This document shows, piece after piece, positions 38,762-47,580 of a stretch of 64,000 nucleotides of DNA. The position numbers and the translations under genes were made by a program. Position 1 is the stretch's first letter, and each line of letters opens with the position of its first letter. Source of the DNA: a virus. The notes beneath the pieces are model-generated. The model had not been told where the DNA came from. It saw only the letters and a program-made list of their open reading frames with translations, and searched no databases. The stretch is taken from the IMG/VR virus record IMGVR_UViG_3300005663_000028, positions 115,554 through 179,553 of that record. One strand, 5' to 3'.

Positions 38762-39024
38762 ACTAGCTCTACGTTATGTATCGTTAAATTACCCAAAGTT
38801 CCATCCCACTCATCAGGATATGGTCTTGCTCTCATAAGGCGACTTCTGGGCATAGTTGTTGATATCATTTCTGTAGTACGGCCCTTTTTCTCCCAATACA
38901 AAATACTATATTCGTCTTTACAATACGCCCCTCCCATGACTATGCATACTTGTTCGTCATAACCAGTACAATTTTTGTTGTCAAACCTAACAATCGCCAA
39001 ATCACCAATTCTCGCCCTCATCAC
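38758..39024 (-). CDS. Hypothetical protein
   Basis: Tiled ORF. Confidence 0.5.
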   Translation of the reverse strand: MMRARIGDLAIVRFDNKNCTGYDEQVCIVMGGAYCKDEYSILYWEKKGRTTEMISTTMPRSRLMRARPYPDEWDGTLGNLTIHNVELV

Positions 39025-39040
39025 TTTACCCCTTTGTTTG

Positions 39041-39328
39041 TTACGAGTCGTCTACTTGGTCTGTAAACAACTCTGGGTCCAGGTCAGTTTCTTCAATAGT
39101 TTTTTTATCATATAGTACATCGCCGCATGTATCTAGGATGTGTCCCAGTTTACGAAGGATACGAGAACCTTTTCGGTGATCACCAGTGCTACACAATTGA
39201 TTAGACATAGCCCCTATGATTCCCCTCTGAACTACAATGGTTGTCTCTCCTGTTGCCGTATTGACTTCGACAACTTCGAACGGCGGGTCATTCCGGGTTT
39301 CACGTTCCATCTGATCTGACATTTTCAT
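39041..39328 (-). CDS. Hypothetical protein
   Basis: SD-preceded ORF. Confidence 0.5.
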   Translation of the reverse strand: MKMSDQMERETRNDPPFEVVEVNTATGETTIVVQRGIIGAMSNQLCSTGDHRKGSRILRKLGHILDTCGDVLYDKKTIEETDLDPELFTDQVDDS

Positions 39329-39363
39329 ACTCCTGTCTTAAAAAGAGATTAGTGCCTGTAATT

Positions 39364-39579
39364 TCATTTTGTTTCGTTTGAGTTTGTGACAACAAACTCT
39401 ATTTCATCGGCCCGGTAACGACCTTTGAGACCATCATCCCACTCCACAGAGATGATTGCTCCTTCTTCGTCAAAATTGATTTCCCCAATCTCTCCCAAAC
39501 CAAACTGGCCGTGCTCTACCTTAATGATTGCAGTCATCTGATTACCTCCGCATAATATTTTTTTGCAATAGCTCTCCAC
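39364..39579 (-). CDS. Hypothetical protein (true start probably MTAII)
   Basis: Tiled ORF. Confidence 0.45.
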   Translation of the reverse strand: MESYCKKILCGGNQMTAIIKVEHGQFGLGEIGEINFDEEGAIISVEWDDGLKGRYRADEIEFVVTNSNETK

Positions 39580-39779
39580 GCGACTAGGATAATTACGGTG
39601 TCTGCGGCTCCAGGAACATTAAAATGCGACTTTAATTCCTTAACCCATTTTGGACATCCTGGCCCTTTCCAAACTCCATTCCTTTCTAAGTACATCAAGT
39701 CTTGGTATATTTCATCTGCTTGACACAATATTAAATCATTGGCAAGAATTTCTTCTGCTATTGACAGTACGTGTGACAT
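39534..39779 (-). CDS. Hypothetical protein
   Basis: SD-preceded ORF. Confidence 0.5.
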   Translation of the reverse strand: MSHVLSIAEEILANDLILCQADEIYQDLMYLERNGVWKGPGCPKWVKELKSHFNVPGAADTVIILVAWRAIAKKYYAEVIR

Positions 39780-39869
39780 AATTCAACTCTCCCTTTAAGA
39801 GCCAGAACTTTTTTGTGGTGTATAACATATATGCTTTGGTACATAAATTGGTAGAAAAGGAGGTTTACG

Positions 39870-40109
39870 ATGAGTAAACGTATTACAAGACTGTTACTGG
39901 TTGCTGGTTTTCTGTTCTGTGTTACAGGATGTTCTATAGTTACGAACGGTGAAGCTAGTTGGGAAGTATTCATGGGTGCAAGACACAAACAGATTGGTGA
40001 AAAGCCCGCTTCTGTTGGTATACAGTCCAAGGTCATAGAAGATGTGATTTCTGCTATGGTCGGGACCAAAGATGCCCCGGAAGATACCCCAGAAAATACT
40101 CCTGAGTAA
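39870..40109 (+). CDS. Small lipoprotein (counter-strand pair, copy A)
   Basis: AAGGAGG SD; lipobox VTGC; SWEVFMG. Confidence 0.7.
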   Translation: MSKRITRLLLVAGFLFCVTGCSIVTNGEASWEVFMGARHKQIGEKPASVGIQSKVIEDVISAMVGTKDAPEDTPENTPE

Positions 40110-40121
40110 TTAATAGCTACT

Positions 40122-40412
40122 GTGATGAGAAACATTAGTATACTACTACTATCCGTCTACCTACTCATATTTTCTCTAAGCTGTTCCGTTACAACGAGGG
40201 GTGGTAGTTGGGAAATTTTCACTGGAGTTAGGATAACTCAACACAGCATACAACAGCCTTCTATCGGAATAGAGTCTCAAGTTTTAGACGGGCTTATTGA
40301 GGCTCTTACTGATGGAAAAATAACACCTGCCGAAAAAGAAATCATAATTAAAATCATCTGGTGGACTGCTAAGTGGTACTTTAACATTCCCGGTGTGATG
40401 GATTTGTTTTAG
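40122..40412 (+). CDS. Small lipoprotein (counter-strand pair, copy B)
   Basis: Lipobox SLSC; SWEIFTG...SIGIESQVLD aligns with copy A. Confidence 0.65.
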   Translation: MMRNISILLLSVYLLIFSLSCSVTTRGGSWEIFTGVRITQHSIQQPSIGIESQVLDGLIEALTDGKITPAEKEIIIKIIWWTAKWYFNIPGVMDLF

Positions 40413-40441
40413 TTCTGTGTTTGCGAACATACCTTAATAGT

Positions 40442-40747
40442 TTATTCCCCCCTCTTGTCTTCCAAAAGTGTACGGAGCACCGCACACTCGCGCCGCGTAG
40501 CTTCAAGGTCAAATACAACATAGTTTGTGACCAACCTTACGGAATTCATGGAATCCATAACAGTCGAAAGGACTTTACCGACAGTCTGGAGATTCTCTTT
40601 GTGTTGTTCATCTTGTTGTTCCTCGACCATAAGACTTATTCCTTCTTTTAGTTTTGATAGACTGCTTATTAGTCCACTGAGGAGGTTTACGAGTTCGTCT
40701 CCTGATTTTTCTTTAGACATTTTGAATCTTCCTATTTTTGGTGTCAA
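40442..40747 (-). CDS. Coiled-coil protein with FDLEATRRE motif
   Basis: NYVVFDLEATRRECAVLRTLLE. Confidence 0.6.
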   Translation of the reverse strand: MTPKIGRFKMSKEKSGDELVNLLSGLISSLSKLKEGISLMVEEQQDEQHKENLQTVGKVLSTVMDSMNSVRLVTNYVVFDLEATRRECAVLRTLLEDKRGE

Positions 40748-40878
40748 TCATTATACCCACCTTTAGTGCAGGTTATCATGTATTTAGATTTTATACGGAT
40801 CGCTTCTGGTGGAGTATAACCCACTCCATGTTTGGAACACAGTAAGCAATTCATCCCCTGGTCAATCTGTTTTATTCT

Positions 40879-41538
40879 CTAGTCAATCATTTTCTCTCTG
40901 GTTTCGTAGTAGTCGCATTGTGAGAAATGTTTGTATGGAGATTCACCCAATGGGCACCAATGTATTATTCCGTTTTCGTCGACAAACATATTGTCGTTCA
41001 TAGCGTTGTCACACATAGCTACGTCTTGATATTTGCTTGGCACGTTGTTATCATACGCCCTACCAACTAATACAATGTTCAGACCCAAGTCCCCAGCGAA
41101 TTGCACAAAAATACGATGCTTATGTTTGAATGATTGTTTTAGTTTTTCAAAAGCTTCTTGTCCGTATCCATCTTTGGAATGAAATTGTGATTGAGATATT
41201 CTAATGGTAATATTTTGAGTATCTAAGCTCAAAATAACACGAACAAATTCATCAAGGGTTGCTTTTTGTTTTACGAATACACCATTTGTCATTATGCCTC
41301 CCTGATAATGGCCTTGAAAGGTGTTTCTCATTAGATCGCCGTAATTCGGAATTAAAGATACTTCTCCACCCATTACGGATATATTTGAATCCACTCCTTT
41401 AGGTAACCATTCATTTAATTGTTGGGACATCTTTTCCGTCATGTGGGTCTTATTTGATGGGCCAGACCTGAACATGCAATGATCACACGTCTCGTTGCAA
41501 AAGTTCGTTAATCTGATCGTTGTTTCGTGTTTGGACAT
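40879..41538 (-). CDS. Radical SAM protein
   Basis: CNETCDHC (CxxxCxxC), MGGE, MTNG. Confidence 0.82.
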   Translation of the reverse strand: MSKHETTIRLTNFCNETCDHCMFRSGPSNKTHMTEKMSQQLNEWLPKGVDSNISVMGGEVSLIPNYGDLMRNTFQGHYQGGIMTNGVFVKQKATLDEFVRVILSLDTQNITIRISQSQFHSKDGYGQEAFEKLKQSFKHKHRIFVQFAGDLGLNIVLVGRAYDNNVPSKYQDVAMCDNAMNDNMFVDENGIIHWCPLGESPYKHFSQCDYYETREKMID

Positions 41539-41583
41539 GTAGTTGACTCCGCTAACATTGATTATGTTTGTGGTCCAAACACA

Positions 41584-41868
41584 TTAAATCTCGTTCTCAT
41601 TTGGGTGATCTATGCAAAAGCAAAGTTCCCATTCTCCTACATGGCTGGTGGTTGTGTTGCTTTGGTTGTCCCATATACCACAATTATCAATAGAGAGGAA
41701 CATCGGTGACTCCTCTCCCTTGGATTTCATAAGCGACAACAGAGCTTCGGCAACTTCTTCTTTCGAAAAACAAAATGTCGTCGACGCCCTACACTCACAT
41801 TTTCGCAACCCGTGCATTTTACTCGTTGGTGAGCATCTACACTCTTTTGGTCTGTGTGTTTTCTTCAT
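41584..41868 (-). CDS. Hypothetical Cys-rich protein
   Basis: SD-preceded ORF. Confidence 0.5.
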   Translation of the reverse strand: MKKTHRPKECRCSPTSKMHGLRKCECRASTTFCFSKEEVAEALLSLMKSKGEESPMFLSIDNCGIWDNQSNTTTSHVGEWELCFCIDHPNENEI

Positions 41869-41870
41869 TT

Positions 41871-42464
41871 TTAACTCTCCAGTTCTTTCCAGTATTTTTT
41901 ATCGAGATGATCCCTCATTCCGTTTTCTGAAGGATTGTCTCCATAAAACCCCCAACACGAATTCAGGTTTGGACCCTTACCGTCGCAATGTTCATAGGGT
42001 GGACCCCGTAGGACAAATCTATATACGTCACCTCTAAGATATTGATCATATGTCTCAACTTCACCGATTAGGCACTGACGGGTTTTCCTTCTTATTTCTG
42101 TTTTAAGGGTGTTCGTTCCGCCGAACGTTGATTCTGCCATTGCTTTAGTACAAAATATAAAACCGATTTGACCACTGTCCCACCGACAACCGAATGGGGT
42201 TGTTTGGATAGCAAGACCAGAGTGGTTCATCAGGTAAAGGGGTAGGATTACCGCAACGTCATTAGACGCTTCGATTACATTTTCCATTTCGTCCCATGAA
42301 TTATAATCATCATGTTTCAATTCGTGTTCGTCACCAAGATTGAGATTTTTGTGAAAACAAACCATTTGCCCAATATTATCCCAACTTCTTGGGGATTCGA
42401 CGTCTTCGTCTGGGTGGATTTCTAACGTGCAGCCGTCTTTGAGTTTTATTGTTTTAATCATCAT
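41871..42464 (-). CDS. Conserved phage hypothetical protein
   Basis: ESPRSWDNIGQMVCFH...WDSGQIGFI...YDQYLRGDVY...SCWGFYG. Confidence 0.65.
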   Translation of the reverse strand: MMIKTIKLKDGCTLEIHPDEDVESPRSWDNIGQMVCFHKNLNLGDEHELKHDDYNSWDEMENVIEASNDVAVILPLYLMNHSGLAIQTTPFGCRWDSGQIGFIFCTKAMAESTFGGTNTLKTEIRRKTRQCLIGEVETYDQYLRGDVYRFVLRGPPYEHCDGKGPNLNSCWGFYGDNPSENGMRDHLDKKYWKELES

Positions 42465-42466
42465 TT

Positions 42467-42805
42467 TTAGCTCGCCCCTTCCTTCTTTTGCTCTAGGAAC
42501 TTTTCCAATCGATTTTGAAACTGTTCAACATACATTTTAAGTTCGCCTAGATCACACTCAAATGACACGGTAATAGATGAACACATGTCCAAATAGACTT
42601 CTTCAACGGAGGCTATGTCCGGAGGTATATTGAGATCGAATAATCCTTCAGATAACACATTTGTGTTTCTGTATCCTTTTACTTGTCCTGCATATGCGTG
42701 CCCACCGTCGTACCTTTCTGTTACCTCCTCATCAAATTGTCTGTCGGACGTCCAATCTGGTAAACCAAATATCACCTGAACGCATTCAATACTACTTTGG
42801 GCCAC
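42467..42805 (-). CDS. Hypothetical protein
   Basis: Tiled ORF. Confidence 0.5.
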   Translation of the reverse strand: MAQSSIECVQVIFGLPDWTSDRQFDEEVTERYDGGHAYAGQVKGYRNTNVLSEGLFDLNIPPDIASVEEVYLDMCSSITVSFECDLGELKMYVEQFQNRLEKFLEQKKEGAS

Positions 42806-43019
42806 GATTCCATTCCTTCCATTTTTCGATAAGTGCCATCGCCTCTTTGTCAGAAAGCCATTGTTTAGACACTCCGTTTTCTGCGGCGAAGTAGAACTGT
42901 TTGCCTGTTGTGGATTGTTCGTTTACGGAGACATGGATTATATGGTTGGTTCTCATACACGGATAATATGGATACCCAAGCCCTTCATCTCTGGTCATAG
43001 TAGCGATAATCCACTTCAT
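42792..43019 (-). CDS. Hypothetical protein
   Basis: Tiled ORF. Confidence 0.5.
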   Translation of the reverse strand: MKWIIATMTRDEGLGYPYYPCMRTNHIIHVSVNEQSTTGKQFYFAAENGVSKQWLSDKEAMALIEKWKEWNRGPK

Positions 43020-43022
43020 ATT

Positions 43023-43682
43023 CTACTTCGCTCCCATTTCATTTGTAAGCAAATTCAAATCGATTTCTTTATCAAGCTCGCAACCTCTCAGCCACTTGGC
43101 GAATTGTGCAACTCTTAATCCCGCTGAAACGTTTGCGCAGTAAATGGTTGTCTTAGCCGTACACGACCCATTGTAAGTTTCTGCTTGTGGGAAAAATGTT
43201 GTGCCGTAGTGCTCTCGTGAAGTGTCATCATAGACGATGAATATTCTCATATATTCAGCGCTCATCCTGGCATCTATAAATAAGTCTGCTCGTTCTTTTA
43301 CGGTTTCGAAAATTGATTTTCTGGTGGAAATTTTATCTACACAACAAAATAGTACACCCCCAGTGAAGTCCATTGATCGGAACTTACGGTTGACGGTAGT
43401 TATTTCAATTGCGGGGTTGATAGCAGCACAAATATCCTTGACTGCATCTACTTTGAATTTTCCGAGATCGGCTTCGTGATATCCTTGACAAGCAAGATTC
43501 TCTACAGAAACTAAATCGAAGTCGATAAGCCGTAGTCGTGGCACTCCAATAGCTGCCAGTTGAAGTGCCACTTGTCTTCCTCCTGCACCGACACCAACTA
43601 TTGTGGCTCTAATAGCGGATAGTTTATCTGGTGGTATTAATTCTTTTTGTCTGATGTCTCTATTTTTTAGCAGATTTTCCAT
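43023..43682 (-). CDS. ThiF/E1-like ubiquitin-activating enzyme
   Basis: IVGVGAGG, IDFDLVSVENL, KVDA, CCVD...R, DARM, candidate catalytic SCTAK. Confidence 0.88.
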   Translation of the reverse strand: MENLLKNRDIRQKELIPPDKLSAIRATIVGVGAGGRQVALQLAAIGVPRLRLIDFDLVSVENLACQGYHEADLGKFKVDAVKDICAAINPAIEITTVNRKFRSMDFTGGVLFCCVDKISTRKSIFETVKERADLFIDARMSAEYMRIFIVYDDTSREHYGTTFFPQAETYNGSCTAKTTIYCANVSAGLRVAQFAKWLRGCELDKEIDLNLLTNEMGAK

Positions 43683-43726
43683 GGTTTTCTACTCCTTTTG
43701 TGTATAATAAGGTTGGAGGAAAGGTT

Positions 43727-44365
43727 ATGAAATATTCGAAAGCCCAACAAAGTCGCGTAGATAAGGGGTTGTGCGCTAAATGTGGGGAGCCCACTGATCA
43801 TACTGTTTATTGTTCCAAATGTACTAGAGTGTGTACTGAATACAATAGACAGAGAAGGGCCAAGCGACGAGAGTTGGGAATATGTTATACGTGCGGAAAC
43901 AGTACGGAAAATAATCGTGCGTATTGTCCAGAGTGTCTAAAAAAGGCTCGTAAATATAGAACTGCTTACAAATTGAAGGCTCCATACGGTGTTTGTGTTA
44001 TTTGTCGTGTGGAATCATGCCTGCCATCATTAGTAGACGCAACATTATATCGGCGAATTTGTCAGAACTGTTATCTTAAAAACGCGTCCTGTTCACAATT
44101 AGGGTCGGTTGAATACTGGAAGCAATTGCTTTGTAAACTAGAAGCCCAACAATTTCGTTGTGTATATTCTGGAGATGAACTTATATTGGGAGTTAACGAT
44201 TCCATGGATCATATTTATCCAAAATCTAGGTATCCTGACAAAGCCCTAGACCCATCTAATATCCAATGGGTTACTCGCACAGTCAATATGGCTAAGGGGT
44301 GTTTAGATCATGATGAGTTTTTAACCCTAATTCGCCGTATCAACAACCGTTTTCCAAAAGACTAA
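43727..44365 (+). CDS. Zn-finger/HNH homing endonuclease on the opposite strand
   Basis: GGAGG SD, ATG 43727, upstream TATAAT; repeated CxxC; CVYSG...MDHIYPKS...NIQWV...VNMAKG. Confidence 0.8.
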   Translation: MKYSKAQQSRVDKGLCAKCGEPTDHTVYCSKCTRVCTEYNRQRRAKRRELGICYTCGNSTENNRAYCPECLKKARKYRTAYKLKAPYGVCVICRVESCLPSLVDATLYRRICQNCYLKNASCSQLGSVEYWKQLLCKLEAQQFRCVYSGDELILGVNDSMDHIYPKSRYPDKALDPSNIQWVTRTVNMAKGCLDHDEFLTLIRRINNRFPKD

Positions 44366-44430
44366 TCCTCTTCTGTGTTCATGATTAGTTTTCGTTGACG
44401 AATATCCCTATCTTCAATAACTGAAGTCAT
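44362..44430 (-). pseudogene. Remnant 5' end of the original E1 gene (22 aa)
   Basis: GGAG SD, then MTSVIEDRDIRQRKLI versus E1 start MENLLKNRDIRQKELI. Confidence 0.75.
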
Positions 44431-44432
44431 AC

Positions 44433-44609
44433 TTAATCTCCATAAAACCCTAACGTTGCTGAATTAGTTCTAGCCCAGCTTTTTTCTTCTGTTGTCGCCT
44501 TTACTCCATCTATGATGTCTCTAATTTGCAATTCTAATTCTGTCATATCTCGCGGATCGATCCTAACCATTTCGTTTTGTATTTTTTCGATTTTTTGTTC
44601 TGCATTCAT
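44433..44609 (-). CDS. Small hypothetical protein (58 aa)
   Basis: Hand translation; ATGA-coupled to JAB stop; ends 2 nt before the E1 remnant. Confidence 0.5.
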   Translation of the reverse strand: MNAEQKIEKIQNEMVRIDPRDMTELELQIRDIIDGVKATTEEKSWARTNSATLGFYGD

Positions 44610-45529
44610 TGTGCTGCCCTCATTATATCCAATCGTTCATCGGCATTGTCAGCCGCCCAGGTTTCCATAATTCTGGTGATTCTTGCTGTTGGTTTATTAA
44701 CTGGCATACCATCTTTGAACCACGTTTTGGTAATCGGGTTATAACTGTACCAAAAATTATCTTCAGGGTTCCAGCATTCAGCATCTCCGTCTGCAAGCCA
44801 ATAACAATCATAGTCATTGTCGTCGTAAAGGTAGTCGTTATTGTCGTTGTCAGAATGACAACTGATAATGTCCAGAGAATCGGAGGGTACCGATTCTCGG
44901 TTTTCCATATAGTAATCAAGCCAATTATCGTCATCGTCTAGAAATTGAGTTCCTCTATTAACAAGGGGTTTGTTAAAGGCTGAACAGAACTCAATTTCGG
45001 TGACTTTGTCTTTGTATTCCTTTTCCCATTCTTCTTTATTCGAACCCTGAAAGGGCTCTGACCAATCAATCTCTATCGGTAGTTCTTTGATTATACCAGG
45101 GCCAATGTTTACCTTTAGTCTACAATAGGTTGCACCTCCATTGGCTATGATGAACATGACTGCCCAATGTGGATGGGAGAAGGCGTTTCTGAAGTTGTTC
45201 TCGTCTGTTGGGGAGGGTTGTGGGCAATTTGCCGGATGGGAATGTGCGAGAATATTTAGACATTGCCACGAAGCAAGTCCAGCGTCTACCATGCGTTCCC
45301 CAAAATCAGCCAAATCTTCGGGGTCCATGTCGAATGATACACTTGTGCATTTTTGTTTGATCAATGCGAAGTCGGTTACTAATAGCGGGTCTTCTGTGCC
45401 AGTTATGCAATAACCGGCAACTTCTGTCGACCCCCTATTCCGCATCCACAAAAGCTTAGCGTAAGCATACGCGGAGAAACGCAATGCGTTTCCGAAGGTC
45501 ATCTTTGGTTCCATAAAATTGTTAGACAT
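44606..45529 (-). CDS. JAB/MPN+ (JAMM) metalloprotease
   Basis: EVAG...AHSHP-x5-PS-x2-D motif; acidic C-terminal tail. Confidence 0.85.
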   Translation of the reverse strand: MSNNFMEPKMTFGNALRFSAYAYAKLLWMRNRGSTEVAGYCITGTEDPLLVTDFALIKQKCTSVSFDMDPEDLADFGERMVDAGLASWQCLNILAHSHPANCPQPSPTDENNFRNAFSHPHWAVMFIIANGGATYCRLKVNIGPGIIKELPIEIDWSEPFQGSNKEEWEKEYKDKVTEIEFCSAFNKPLVNRGTQFLDDDDNWLDYYMENRESVPSDSLDIISCHSDNDNNDYLYDDNDYDCYWLADGDAECWNPEDNFWYSYNPITKTWFKDGMPVNKPTARITRIMETWAADNADERLDIMRAAQ

Positions 45530-45623
45530 TTTTGTTTCCTAATTGTGAACGTACAACAAAAATTCAAGAAATGCATTAAGCATTCCAGCCATCATAAACA
45601 AAAAACTTACGAATCCTACCATT

Positions 45624-46907
45624 TCATACTCCTGTTCCCGCTAGTATACAATAATGTTTGTCGTCGCATTTCTCGCACGATGAAACACCACAGTAAAGAC
45701 ACCTGTTAATACAATTACTGCAAGTCGTTTTACTGCAATCACCGCAAGTGTCTTCACAATTTGGACAGAGGTAATCTTCGCACACGCTACACTTCGGAGC
45801 ACCATCTACACAGTCGTCGCATATAGTTGAACTGCAATCGGCACAATTATTAGAACATTCGATGCAATGTTCTCTGTCTTCGTCACATATTTCACACGTT
45901 CTTATGCACGAACCGCAATGAATGTTCGTGCATAGGTTGCATGTATTAGCACAAGAGATACATAAGCCCTCATTACACTCATCACAAGATGTACTACATT
46001 CGTCACATCGCCAATTACCACAATCTTCGCAATAGACCATTTCTGCGCAATGGTCACATAGGCCGGTGTAACATTCTTCACAATAGATTGATTGTTCTTC
46101 GGATATAGATTCGTTACATGAATCACAACTGAGTTGATTTTCTTTGTACCAATACCGAAGTTTCTCATGGGGGAATTCGTCGTTATATGTTCGCATGATT
46201 GCTTCAACAGTTGAGAAGTAGTACTCAAGCGACCCATGGTTTAGTGCATTTGTCAGAGTTTCTTCCCCTTCTTGACCTTCGCAAAGTTTTTCGTTTAATA
46301 CGTGTGGGTGGGTAAGACCTTTGTTGCTTGATTGAACATTGTCGATAGATTCAATTGTTAATCCATCTTGTGGACATTGAATGTCTAGCTGCAACCAAAA
46401 GCCCCCTAATTCAACCTCCTCATTCCCGTCTTCCAAACACACATCGTTGATTTTGACATTTAGCCATCCATTCCTAAATATGACCTCAGACCATTGAGTG
46501 TTGATAGCTGTGATTTCTTCGATTGCTTCTTTCATAGTAAGCGGAACCATTGATTGGTCTGTTGCCCATATTTTCACATTTGCAGCTACCCTTGCCAACA
46601 TAGTCTCTACATCTCTTCCCAACTCAGGTAACATGGAGTCGACTATGTTTTGGTAAACGCCTGGGGTTACTATACCAATATATTCTTCGGTCCACTCTCC
46701 ACTCTCATTGTCGATAACATGGGTCGACTCCTGGGTTCTGGGTATCCCACTCAAACGGTAGATTTTTTCCCACTTAGCCATTTCCTGAATTTTTTGCTCC
46801 ATACCTTGGAGATAATGACTTATTCTGTCGCTAGGTGGGGTGGCCGCTTGTTCTACCATCCAATTTTTGTATGCTAGGGCAGCACGACGTACAAGTTTAT
46901 CATTCAT
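45624..46907 (-). CDS. Prokaryotic E2-like conjugating enzyme with C-terminal CxxC array
   Basis: HPHV-x4-LCEG E2 active-site motif; about 19 CxxC in the last 167 aa. Confidence 0.72.
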   Translation of the reverse strand: MNDKLVRRAALAYKNWMVEQAATPPSDRISHYLQGMEQKIQEMAKWEKIYRLSGIPRTQESTHVIDNESGEWTEEYIGIVTPGVYQNIVDSMLPELGRDVETMLARVAANVKIWATDQSMVPLTMKEAIEEITAINTQWSEVIFRNGWLNVKINDVCLEDGNEEVELGGFWLQLDIQCPQDGLTIESIDNVQSSNKGLTHPHVLNEKLCEGQEGEETLTNALNHGSLEYYFSTVEAIMRTYNDEFPHEKLRYWYKENQLSCDSCNESISEEQSIYCEECYTGLCDHCAEMVYCEDCGNWRCDECSTSCDECNEGLCISCANTCNLCTNIHCGSCIRTCEICDEDREHCIECSNNCADCSSTICDDCVDGAPKCSVCEDYLCPNCEDTCGDCSKTTCSNCINRCLYCGVSSCEKCDDKHYCILAGTGV

Positions 46908-47188
46908 TAGGATTCATCCACGAACAAGTGTTTAATTTGATCCCATGGATACCATTCATCTCCAATGTAAATACCGAGACCCTGTTCATGCATGAATCCC
47001 AGTATGTTTTGTGCGGTTTCGTCGCCGTCATCCATTACCCTGCTCAGGGCTTCCATATCGCTATCTGGCATAGAGTCCCACACATTGGAATATGTTTGTC
47101 CGTGATCATCATAGATGCGATACCCAAATGTTTCATTACCATATGGATGGTTGATGAAGATGGTGGGTTGTAGTGTGATTCTATTCAT
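46907..47188 (-). CDS. Hypothetical acidic protein within the Ubl cluster
   Basis: TAATG-coupled to E2. Confidence 0.55.
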   Translation of the reverse strand: MNRITLQPTIFINHPYGNETFGYRIYDDHGQTYSNVWDSMPDSDMEALSRVMDDGDETAQNILGFMHEQGLGIYIGDEWYPWDQIKHLFVDES

Positions 47189-47231
47189 TTAATCTACCCA
47201 ATCTCGACTTAGGTCCATAACCAACCGCTTA

Positions 47232-47280
47232 GTAAAAGAAAGGGGGCCGGGGAGATTCCCCGACCCCCATTTTCTTTTAC
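47232..47280. terminator. Bidirectional intrinsic terminator after Ubl
   Basis: 12-bp GC stem GGGGGCCGGGGA-GAT-TCCCCGACCCCC flanked by GTAAAAGAAA / TTTCTTTTAC. Confidence 0.75.
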
Positions 47281-47520
47281 TTATTCACCTTCGATTTTTT
47301 TCGGCGTCAATGAGACCCGATCCTCATTTTGCAGAACATAGTCCTCATACGCTTCAATTGAGGTTCCATTCGCTCGAATCCGAATAAGAAACTCATCAGG
47401 ATCCCCGTTAAACGACACCTCAAGAAACTTCTCCAGAGTTGTGTTAGGGACCACGGGAATCCGAACAGGGATTCCACCATCAGCATTACTTACCAAGGTT
47501 ACTTCAATCATACCTTCCAT
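47281..47520 (-). CDS. Ubiquitin-like (beta-grasp) protein
   Basis: 79 aa; IEVTLV...TTLEKFL...IRANG...LQNEDRVSLTPKKIEG-E, with penultimate Gly. Confidence 0.78.
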   Translation of the reverse strand: MEGMIEVTLVSNADGGIPVRIPVVPNTTLEKFLEVSFNGDPDEFLIRIRANGTSIEAYEDYVLQNEDRVSLTPKKIEGE

Positions 47521-47580
47521 CGTTCTTCTCCTTAAACAAGGGTTTCAGTGATTTACGTAAAATCACATTTGGTTACACTT

